A stretch of DNA of 64,000 nt, from sequence record SRR33789315_82; one strand, written 5' to 3'. The notes below the pieces were generated by a model, which saw only the letters and a program-made list of their open reading frames with translations, was not told the DNA's origin and ran no database searches. The translations under genes and the position numbers were made by a program. Positions 20,441 to 27,946 of this stretch are shown piece after piece. Within the stretch, counting starts at the first letter, position 1. Each line of letters opens with the position of its first letter.

Positions 20441-21726
20441 CACCCCTAAAGTCTGATGATAATGAGAGAGTTACAAAAGTAATTCTTAATTATTGCCAGA
20501 CTTTTTTTAATTGTCGCCAATACAATCTAATAGCGCCAAACATTTTGAAACACTTTTTTGATTATAAAGAAGCAAAATTAGTAAAAGGAACTACTAAAGG
20601 AGACCCTAAATATTATGTTGAATTTTCTGCATTTGATGCGGTACTTGGAAGATTGAGGCGTAAAAGAATCTACACTATTAACAGTATTAAAAACCTAGAA
20701 CAGCGGGAAATTGCTGGAGAAAGACTCGTAACTGAAATAAACGAATTACTTAAAAATGGTTATCATTTTAACGATGTAAAGAAAAAAGAGATTGATAGTA
20801 AATTACTAGAAATCAAAACGGCAAAATATTACACGCTAGAAAGCGGTTTAAATTATGCCTTAAAAATAAAGAAAGCTGAAATTGCTGTAAAAAGTTATGC
20901 CAACTATAAACACTCCAAGAATTATATATTAAAATTTGCTGACTATCAAAGCTTAAGACATAGTAATATAAAAAATATCCCGAATGAGTTCCCTTATTTA
21001 TTTTTAGATTATTTGAGAGATATACAAAAGTTGCAAGGTCAAACCATCAACGCTATTATTAGCCAATGCAAAGGATTATACAGATTATTATCAGAAAGGG
21101 AAATAGTAGGGGAAAATATTTTTAAAAAAATACGGAAGCAAAAAGAAATTGTCACATCACAAAACCAAGCCTATAGCCCAGAACAAATTGAGAAAATTAA
21201 AAATAGGCTTATTGATCGGGACCCGCTTTTGTGGGATTTTTGTCAGTTTATATTTTACTCATTTATGAGACCTAATGAGATAAGACAAATTACAAAATCA
21301 AATATTGACTTAAAAAAAAATATAATATACCTCTCTGCTGAAAAATCGAAAACTAAAAGAGAGCGTTACATACATATTAATAAAGCTTTTAAAAAAGTGA
21401 TTGAAAATATGGAGATTGACAATTTAAAAACTGAGTTTTTATTATTCAATATAAATAATGAAACACGTACAAAACCAATAGGAACCAACACGTTTATGAC
21501 TAGATATAGAAAACATCTAGATATTTTAGAAATTCCAAAAAATTACACTCTTTACTCGTGGAAGCATACAGGCAATGTAACAGCTTATAAAAACGGTGTA
21601 GATATATACAGCCTTATGAAACAAAACGGTCATACATCCATTGATACGACTATGAAGTATTTAAAATCATTAGGCCTGGTAATGGATCAGGAGTTACTAC
21701 TAAAATTTGATAGTCTTAAAATCTAA
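20419..21726 (+). CDS. Tyrosine integrase (start uncertain: TTG 20419 inside att core, or TTG 20545)
   Basis: FMRPNEI (R), KSKTK (K), YSWKH in place of HxxR, NGHTS (H), TMKY (Y); adjacent to att. Confidence 0.9.
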   Translation: MNPSEVTTPLKSDDNERVTKVILNYCQTFFNCRQYNLIAPNILKHFFDYKEAKLVKGTTKGDPKYYVEFSAFDAVLGRLRRKRIYTINSIKNLEQREIAGERLVTEINELLKNGYHFNDVKKKEIDSKLLEIKTAKYYTLESGLNYALKIKKAEIAVKSYANYKHSKNYILKFADYQSLRHSNIKNIPNEFPYLFLDYLRDIQKLQGQTINAIISQCKGLYRLLSEREIVGENIFKKIRKQKEIVTSQNQAYSPEQIEKIKNRLIDRDPLLWDFCQFIFYSFMRPNEIRQITKSNIDLKKNIIYLSAEKSKTKRERYIHINKAFKKVIENMEIDNLKTEFLLFNINNETRTKPIGTNTFMTRYRKHLDILEIPKNYTLYSWKHTGNVTAYKNGVDIYSLMKQNGHTSIDTTMKYLKSLGLVMDQELLLKFDSLKI

Positions 21727-22220
21727 GGTGTGTAAACCTGTGAATATATATAGGCTTGTGTACTTGCTATTTTCGACTGACCGAAATACGTTTTAATTTG
21801 ACCATCTGTATAACCATTAGCACTTAATTCTTTCGCTTTAATATGCCTAAATAAATGCGTTAGTACTGGTTTATTTTTTACCATCAGGTTAGGCTCTGGA
21901 GAGAAACGCTTGAACCAGATTAAAGAGTTACTATAACTAATCATATTTGAGAAATCATAATTATTTTGAATACTATTTAATAAATAAGCATCGATATCAA
22001 TATTAAAAAAAGTTCTAAGATTATTACCTTTTTGCGGCATTAATGAAATCCTTTCACTGTCAACCACTGACCACCTACTGTAATCATATACATCCCCAAA
22101 TCTAGCACCAGTTAAAAACATTGTGTTAAAATAAGCATACATATAAGGGTCAAAATCCCGAAAGTTATCCAAGATTGTAACGGCAATTATCTGAAGTTCT
22201 TGCAATGTAAACACCTTCAT
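21723..22220 (-). CDS. Small (165 aa) tyrosine recombinase, catalytic domain only
   Basis: LTGARFGD (R), PQKG (K), HLFRH (HxxR), FGQS, STQAY (Y); ATG 22220 preferred because the 22262 extension overlaps a terminator. Confidence 0.75.
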   Translation of the reverse strand: MKVFTLQELQIIAVTILDNFRDFDPYMYAYFNTMFLTGARFGDVYDYSRWSVVDSERISLMPQKGNNLRTFFNIDIDAYLLNSIQNNYDFSNMISYSNSLIWFKRFSPEPNLMVKNKPVLTHLFRHIKAKELSANGYTDGQIKTYFGQSKIASTQAYIYSQVYTP

Positions 22221-22231
22221 ATTATAGGTAT

Positions 22232-22260
22232 AAAAAAAGAGAGCCATTATTATGGCTCTC
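22232..22260 (-). terminator. Intrinsic terminator after DUF6266-like gene
   Basis: 9-bp stem GAGAGCCAT/ATGGCTCTC (22239-22260) followed by T7 on the minus strand. Confidence 0.8.
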
Positions 22261-22284
22261 AATTGATTAATTAGTAGCTAAATA

Positions 22285-22926
22285 TTAAGCTAAGACAGCA
22301 GAACCAATATATAAGCTATCTGAAACTTTAGCACCTGTGTTGGAAACGTGATACGCATAGAAATGACAGGTATCCCCCGCAACTCCTGCCGGTAGTGCTA
22401 CGTTTTGATCAAAACCATCACCCGCTGGAGCGGTATAAGAAACAGTATTTGACGGGATTGCCTCATTGATGCCAATTACCTTAATCTTATCAGTATCAAA
22501 TAACGAAACACCGTCAACAACTGACGCGATATCTACCGTTGCAGTATCGTTGCCGTTATCAGTAAAATCAGTTAATACCACCTTTTTCAAAGTTCCTTTA
22601 GCTATCTGAAGAGACGGCCAGATTATACTAGTCACGTTTCCTACTAATAATACTGCATTACGTAGATTGATCGAGGTAAAAACATTGTAAGCAGAGTGTA
22701 AGGCCTGACGTTCAGGAAAAGAAGTTTTTAAGATACTAGACAGAGAACGAAAAAGCCCAATAATCAACGAGAACGAACCTCTCTGATTCAATTGTGCCTG
22801 TGTCTGTGGATCATTAACATAGGCTGGTTTTTTACGCACTATGTTTTGCCCACCGCTACGGTATGCCACGTCATCGCCTATGCTTTTACGCATAGTACCG
22901 AAAGTAGAATTTTTAAAGATTGCCAT
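22285..22926 (-). CDS. DUF6266-like protein (basic N-terminus, beta-rich C-terminus)
   Basis: N-terminus FGTMRKSIGDDVAYRSGGQNIVRKKP..NDPQTQAQLNQRGSF matches the recalled 'G..SGKVG..V.Y..G...R.KP...P.T..Q..QR..F' pattern; IAKGTL and VSDSLYIG also fit. Confidence 0.65.
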   Translation of the reverse strand: MAIFKNSTFGTMRKSIGDDVAYRSGGQNIVRKKPAYVNDPQTQAQLNQRGSFSLIIGLFRSLSSILKTSFPERQALHSAYNVFTSINLRNAVLLVGNVTSIIWPSLQIAKGTLKKVVLTDFTDNGNDTATVDIASVVDGVSLFDTDKIKVIGINEAIPSNTVSYTAPAGDGFDQNVALPAGVAGDTCHFYAYHVSNTGAKVSDSLYIGSAVLA

Positions 22927-23023
22927 AAGAAGAGAATTATTAAAATTAATATAAAATGATTACTTGATAATACAAAATTGAGTTTGTCGCAAACGAACAA
23001 AGAACGAGTAAGAAACGACTTAC

Positions 23024-23251
23024 TTAAATATCTAATTGTTGACTTTTTTTTGACTTCCCAAAAAGCTTACCTAAGAAATTTGTTAAAATAGTCGAGACTA
23101 AACCACCAAGTACCGCAACAATTGAAGCGATTAAAGTATCAGGCGTTGAAGGATCCACGCTCGGCACAATGTCACTTGCTACCCCGCCATAAACGACACC
23201 AGAACCAACAGCACCAGAAATAAAATTAGTTAAAGGAATTTTTGAAGACAT
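23024..23251 (-). CDS. Small membrane protein (75 aa), coat-protein- or holin-like architecture
   Basis: ATG 23251 downstream of a promoter; Gly-rich hydrophobic leader, acidic Pro-rich linker, TM helix LIASIVAVLGGLVSTILTNFL, basic tail GKLFGKSKK. Confidence 0.6.
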   Translation of the reverse strand: MSSKIPLTNFISGAVGSGVVYGGVASDIVPSVDPSTPDTLIASIVAVLGGLVSTILTNFLGKLFGKSKKSQQLDI

Positions 23252-23287
23252 AATAAAAAAATTTAAAGTTTGTAACAAAATTTGATA

Positions 23288-23295
23288 CAAATGTA
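23288..23295 (-). promoter_or_regulatory. Bacteroidota -7 promoter element TACATTTG for the membrane protein/DUF6266 operon
   Basis: Matches TAnnTTTG, 37 bp upstream of ATG 23251. Confidence 0.6.
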
Positions 23296-23539
23296 ATAAA
23301 ATATCTGACATAGTGTCACATTACATTAAAAAAAACTGACAAAATGAACTTTTATAAAACCAAAAATTTTTTAATTGTGCATTGTTACAGAAGGAGAGAA
23401 TTTGAGCAGCTCCGCAAGCCAAACTGTAGAAAAATCCGAAACCTACTAATCCAGTAACTTTAATACTGACAAATACCTAACGGTGCCTAAATGAATGACG
23501 TTGTAATGATGCACTTTGAAAAAGGCTTGACGAGTGGGG

Positions 23540-23833
23540 CAGCTCTGGGGTGGCGCGTGTTATTGCTCTGCAATAACCGTGACACAACGGCAAAGAGCTG
23601 GCGCAGGTGAGCGAAGCACTCACCGAGCATTAAAATTAACAGGTAAGCGCGGGTTAGGCGCGCGCACTCCTTATAAACCCCGCGATAAGGAAAGTACAGT
23701 TTATCAATATCAATTAATATTTGGTTTTATGAAAGTAAAATTTAAGCGTAACGAGGAAAGGGCAATTGCAAAGGGGGCGAGACCGAGGCAACGAGGTCTG
23801 GCACCGAGCGCGGGCGCAAAGTGTCAAGACAGG
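23540..23833. other. GC-rich hairpin cluster, candidate rolling-circle origin (sso/dso) or packaging signal
   Basis: Inverted repeats 23540-46/23594-600, 23559-77, 23577-90, 23606-24, 23780-99; at and beyond the 3' end of rep. Confidence 0.55.
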
Positions 23834-25052
23834 GCTTTAGACTTGGATTGACTATTTGCGATTGAAGGCTTTCTAAATGATTATCAAATTCTTTTTTTAA
23901 TATTGGTGTCTTATTTAGATCAAATACTAGGGTTACGACTTGCTGTTTACCTATTTGATTAACTATGACTTTTTCAGTTATTGCCTGAATGATATCAAAT
24001 TCGACCAACGCACTTTCATTACCAATATCTGTGTAGTTTTTCATTCTGGAAAGGTTTGAAGAGCAAGACCAAATACGCCCTTTTACACCCTGCTCTCGCA
24101 GCTTTACTAATTCATCATCTATACGTTGTAACTCTTTATTTATTACTATTATATTCTTTTCTTTAACCACAAAACTAGAAGAATGTGAGGTGAGATTTTG
24201 ATCAATTTTACTATTTTCTACTTTAGCTAATTGCAGTAATTGCCTATCTTTTAATAATTCTTTTATAGTATTAGTTCTTATTGTCTTAGTAACAGTTTTA
24301 GAAATATACTTCGAGATGTAAGCCCCAAGATGTTTGACTTTATACAGTGCGTGTACATCGGTTGAATTTGGGTTAGACCAGCCACAAGATTTAGCTACCT
24401 TATACGCTTTAAATTGTTGATCTTTAGTCCTTTTATCTTCTTTATTGATTGACATACGAAAACCATTTTTGAAAAATTCTTTTTGATTATCTGAATACCT
24501 ATCGACATAGCCCAGCTTATTTATTATACGATTCCAATTTGTGCGTATTATTTGCCATTTTAAATACTGATTAAAAAGTATGTGAAAATGAATGTTGCCG
24601 TTGTCTTGCTTTTCCGCTTTCCAGATATACATACAATTAGGCTTTAATTTTCGTAGCTCAACTAAAAATTGATTGAGACATTTTTTTTTTATTACATTAT
24701 CTGTATGTATCTGTTTACTCGGGAGCGTTAATGTGATGAATGTAAGCTTATACTTTATTGATTTATTATACTTTTTACCTTTCGATATTTCTATCGTACT
24801 ATCGATAGACTTGCCTAATTGCTCTCTTCCTTTTAGAGTTTTATTATTAGTAACATATAACATTAAATTTATCTTTTTCCTTAACCGAGCTTGTGCATTG
24901 TGTGATAGATCACCGTAGTAATTCGTATTATCCTTAAGATTTTGCAAAGAACTTTCAGAAATATTTTTACTATAACCAAATTCTGGACGAGAAAAAAAAG
25001 TGACACCATAGGGAGCCACAGAATAATGAGGGATTAGGTCAAAATTAGTCAT
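23742..25052 (-). CDS. HUH rolling-circle replication initiator (Rep)
   Basis: Motif I LTFITLTLP, motif II WKAEKQDNGNIHFHIL, motif III GAYISKYISK (two Tyr). Confidence 0.88.
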   Translation of the reverse strand: MTNFDLIPHYSVAPYGVTFFSRPEFGYSKNISESSLQNLKDNTNYYGDLSHNAQARLRKKINLMLYVTNNKTLKGREQLGKSIDSTIEISKGKKYNKSIKYKLTFITLTLPSKQIHTDNVIKKKCLNQFLVELRKLKPNCMYIWKAEKQDNGNIHFHILFNQYLKWQIIRTNWNRIINKLGYVDRYSDNQKEFFKNGFRMSINKEDKRTKDQQFKAYKVAKSCGWSNPNSTDVHALYKVKHLGAYISKYISKTVTKTIRTNTIKELLKDRQLLQLAKVENSKIDQNLTSHSSSFVVKEKNIIVINKELQRIDDELVKLREQGVKGRIWSCSSNLSRMKNYTDIGNESALVEFDIIQAITEKVIVNQIGKQQVVTLVFDLNKTPILKKEFDNHLESLQSQIVNPSLKPCLDTLRPRSVPDLVASVSPPLQLPFPRYA

Positions 25053-25113
25053 ACTCTAAAATTTGACTTGTGGACGTTAAGATAAACCAATAGAAAACCG
25101 AGAAACTAAAATC

Positions 25114-25491
25114 TTACTTATACCACCAGATGACATCTAACGGCTTATCGTAATCAATATCACAATGGATATAATTAGAAGCTATACCAACACGACGGAA
25201 GCCCACAACAAGAAGAGAACGGATAATCCTAAAGCGACTAGACGAATTAATAATCTTAATATCAACCGCCAACCCTTTTAAATGCGAACTATCATCTACG
25301 CCACCAATAGCCTTATTATGTGATATAGTGCGGACACCGCTATTAATAATGAACGGTACTTGTGCTATACCTCTCGCCATATCGAGCATTGAAACCAAGC
25401 TAGGAGAAATTGAAAGACCAGAATATTCTAAATCAGGGCTATCGAATTCACGAGAGTTAAAGTATGGTGTTAGCTGCCTATGATCCGACAT
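25114..25491 (-). CDS. Peptidase M15 (Zn D-Ala-D-Ala/endolysin-like)
   Basis: YFNSREF, SGVRTISHNKAIGG, SSHLKGLAVDI, YIHCDI zinc ligands; ATG 25491. Confidence 0.88.
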   Translation of the reverse strand: MSDHRQLTPYFNSREFDSPDLEYSGLSISPSLVSMLDMARGIAQVPFIINSGVRTISHNKAIGGVDDSSHLKGLAVDIKIINSSSRFRIIRSLLVVGFRRVGIASNYIHCDIDYDKPLDVIWWYK

Positions 25492-25801
25492 AATGCTTAA
25501 CATTTAATAATGATTGTTTATTGGTATAAGGCTTTAAGTCGATGTTGATAGAAATCCGCTCAATCTCTTCATCTTTAGCGGTTATTCTGTCAATTTCTTT
25601 TTGTAGTTGAGACCATAAGCCATTATTCGCCAAAAAATCAATCTCGGCATCAATAGCGCGTAACTTATTAATGATAGCCTGTTTTCTCTTAACAATAAAT
25701 TGTAAAGGATTTGACGTTTTTTGATAGGTCAGTAAATCGTTTTGAAGTTCCAGAACAATAGCCTTTACCGACGATTTTGGATTTATTACTTGATCGGACA
25801 T
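25478..25801 (-). CDS. Hypothetical helical protein (107 aa)
   Basis: ATG start, tightly coupled to both neighbours; no recognised motif. Confidence 0.65.
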   Translation of the reverse strand: MSDQVINPKSSVKAIVLELQNDLLTYQKTSNPLQFIVKRKQAIINKLRAIDAEIDFLANNGLWSQLQKEIDRITAKDEEIERISINIDLKPYTNKQSLLNVKHYVGS

Positions 25802-25811
25802 AATAAAAAAT

Positions 25812-26168
25812 TTATTGGGTTAAACCTGAGATTTGGACGGCATTAATAACCGTTGTACTAGATAATTTTGAATTGTTTTTTTTACGATAGTGAACAGAAA
25901 GCAAGTCTAATAAAGGACAAGAAAAGACTAAGGATAGACGATAAGCCACACTAAAAGGAATATCTACCGCGCTATTAATATGGGCATTACAATAATTAGA
26001 AAATGTTTGACGTGAAACACCTAGAAACACGGGTAATTCTTTTTTAAACGCTCTAGCCTCTTTAGCTGGCATTTGGTCTAATAGTTCTACTATGCGAAAT
26101 TTTCTTAGGGCATAATCCCCTGAATTAAGGGTTAAAACACCTTTTTTATTTGTTACTTTTGTTAGCAT
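25812..26168 (-). CDS. XRE-type HTH protein, Cro-like
   Basis: LGVSRQTFSNYCN..DIPFSVAYRLSLVFSCPLLDL HTH pattern; first gene of the rep operon. Confidence 0.7.
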   Translation of the reverse strand: MLTKVTNKKGVLTLNSGDYALRKFRIVELLDQMPAKEARAFKKELPVFLGVSRQTFSNYCNAHINSAVDIPFSVAYRLSLVFSCPLLDLLSVHYRKKNNSKLSSTTVINAVQISGLTQ

Positions 26169-26267
26169 ATTTGTAAGGAATTGTAACAGTTATGTAATTA
26201 ATATTAACACAAATGTAATATAAAACAATACTATTATCCTAATAAAATGTATTAAAAAATAACACTT
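26169..26267. promoter_or_regulatory. Divergent switch region with -7 element TACATTTG (minus strand, 26217-26210) and repeated TGTAA boxes
   Basis: TTGTAAG, TTGTAAC, ATGTAAT x2 and ATGTATT within 90 bp between divergent HTH genes. Confidence 0.55.
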
Positions 26268-26270
26268 TTG

Positions 26271-26678
26271 ATGAAAAAAAATTATAAGTACCTGAAAGAC
26301 AATTCAATACACGTAGGAAATAATATTAACGAAATATTACAAAACCTAGGTGTAAGCAAAGTCGATTTCGCAAAGTTGATAGGCAAAACGAGGGAACACA
26401 CCTATAAAATAATAGCTAATAGCAACGTGAATACTGAAATATTACAAATACTACACAACGAGTACGATATACCTTACTCTATATTTTTTAGTACAGAAAA
26501 ACAGATTAACATCAAAATAAAGGGAGATAGCAACGAAATAAAACAATTGGGAATCACAACCGATAACAAAAAATTGATTGATGATAATGAGCTGAAAGCC
26601 CTAAAAAAGGAAATTGAATTATTACAAGAAATAGTAAAAACCAAAGACGATTTAATAAATGTACTCAAATCGAAATAA
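26271..26678 (+). CDS. XRE-type HTH repressor, CI-like, with C-terminal coiled coil and no S24 domain
   Basis: INEILQNLGVSKVDFAKLIGKTREHTYKII HTH; LKKEIELLQEIVKTKDDLINVLK coiled coil. Confidence 0.78.
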   Translation: MKKNYKYLKDNSIHVGNNINEILQNLGVSKVDFAKLIGKTREHTYKIIANSNVNTEILQILHNEYDIPYSIFFSTEKQINIKIKGDSNEIKQLGITTDNKKLIDDNELKALKKEIELLQEIVKTKDDLINVLKSK

Positions 26679-26884
26679 TAAGAAGTATAAACCGAGATAC
26701 GGTAATGATGCCTATGTATATAAGGTATGGGAAAGCGTGAAATTGGGTGCAATTGCATTGCTCATAATAAAAGCTATTAAGCTGATTATGAATTTATTGC
26801 CATAGTCGCCAAGCTGCGACCATAGACACTATTATCTAACTAATTGATTATCAATGTATTTAATTATAAATATATGTGTAAAAT

Positions 26885-26907
26885 TTTGAATCCTTCCGAG
26901 GTCACAA
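26885..26907 (+). repeat. Right att core, 23 bp
   Basis: Identical to 20418-20440. Confidence 0.9.
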
Positions 26908-26909
26908 AT

Positions 26910-26940
26910 AAAAAGCAAGCTTAATAAGCTTGCTTTTTTT
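26910..26940. terminator. Bidirectional intrinsic terminator directly after right att
   Basis: AAAAAGCAAGCTT-AAT-AAGCTTGCTTTTTTT. Confidence 0.88.
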
Positions 26941-26960
26941 ATTTATAAATTTGATATCAC

Positions 26961-27716
26961 TTACATACTTCGTACTTCAAACACTATAGGCATTGAGTAT
27001 GAAACTCGTACTGGCTTACCTCTTTGTTTACCTGGTATCATCTTTGGCAGTTTTTCGATAACCCGCTTAGCTTCTTTTTCAAGAACAGGATGTGGTCCTC
27101 TGGACATTACTTCTACAATATTACCCTTTTCATCAATCCTAAATTGTACATAAATCTTTTGAATCCCGCTGAGTCCTAATTGCCCCCCTAAAGTATTATC
27201 AAATTCTTTAGTTACAAATCGTTTGATTTTATCTGACATACAATCTTTTCGCGCAGCAGAACCCTTTTCATTTTCACATCCAGGATATACAGGTGTATCT
27301 TCTATTAAAGCAAAAGGAACATCCTCTATTACTTCTTCTTCAGCAAATTGAACATCTTCAACTGGAACATATTGCTCATCTGTAGAAATACCCTCGTCCA
27401 AACTGGTTTCTGTAGACTCAATTAAGCTTTCTTCTATATCGATATCGTTCTCGATTACTTCTAAAGATTCAAAAGCTTGAGGAGGAGCTGGTGGAGGTGG
27501 TGGAGGTGGTGGTGTCATTTCAACCTCTGTAATAGGCATATCATCTTCTAATTCATAATTTAAATTCAATGCTTGCTGATTTCCAGCACCATCATGAGCA
27601 TAGGTTTTAGTTTCTAATAAAAAATAAGTGATTGACATAGAAACGATTAATCCTATTTGAAACAGAATCAAACTATATTGATTCAGATCGACTTTACTAT
27701 ATTTTTTAACTTCCAT
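26961..27716 (-). CDS. tonB: Energy transducer TonB
   Basis: N-terminal TM, poly-Pro linker, P.YPGC and PGKQRGKPVRVSYSMPI C-terminal domain. Confidence 0.9.
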   Translation of the reverse strand: MEVKKYSKVDLNQYSLILFQIGLIVSMSITYFLLETKTYAHDGAGNQQALNLNYELEDDMPITEVEMTPPPPPPPPAPPQAFESLEVIENDIDIEESLIESTETSLDEGISTDEQYVPVEDVQFAEEEVIEDVPFALIEDTPVYPGCENEKGSAARKDCMSDKIKRFVTKEFDNTLGGQLGLSGIQKIYVQFRIDEKGNIVEVMSRGPHPVLEKEAKRVIEKLPKMIPGKQRGKPVRVSYSMPIVFEVRSM

Positions 27717-27946
27717 GACTTATAAATTCTAATTAATTACGGCTTAAATACAGAATTTTCTATTTTAATAGTACTATTCTAATTATTACTCAAATTTAAC
27801 AGGTATAACGGCCAATTTCTATGACATTCATCATAATTGAAAATTCCTAAACAGAAGTTTTAATTTATTATTAGCATTACTGATTTCTCTATTCTAATCA
27901 TTTTTTTATACCTTAACATTAAGGTTATAAACTCAATACTAATATT

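Larger units (their letters stand above)
20418..26907. mobile_element. Integrated 6.5-kb rolling-circle, prophage/satellite-like element
   Basis: Perfect 23-bp terminal direct repeats, integrase at one end, HUH Rep, CI/Cro-like switch, cell-wall peptidase. Confidence 0.9.

Noticed and set aside
22963-22973. CTTGATAATAC, a pC194/phiX-like nick-site match
   Set aside because: On the strand opposite to rep, in AT-rich DNA with no flanking hairpin; kept only as a fallback if the plus strand proves to be the displaced strand
23252-23311. 20-codon N-terminal extension of the small membrane protein
   Set aside because: Overlaps the predicted -7 promoter element; ATG 23251 has the A/T-rich leader typical of Bacteroidota starts
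23534-23851. 105-aa plus-strand ORF
   Set aside because: Lies over the GC-rich hairpin cluster and antisense to the rep 3' end; an open frame is expected from local GC richness
20418-26907. Calling the element an inovirus, microvirus or mobilisable transposon
   Set aside because: No Zot/pI ATPase, no large capsid ORF and no relaxase or mobilisation gene recognisable
27481-27513. GGT/GGA trinucleotide repeat
   Set aside because: Simply encodes the poly-proline linker of TonB
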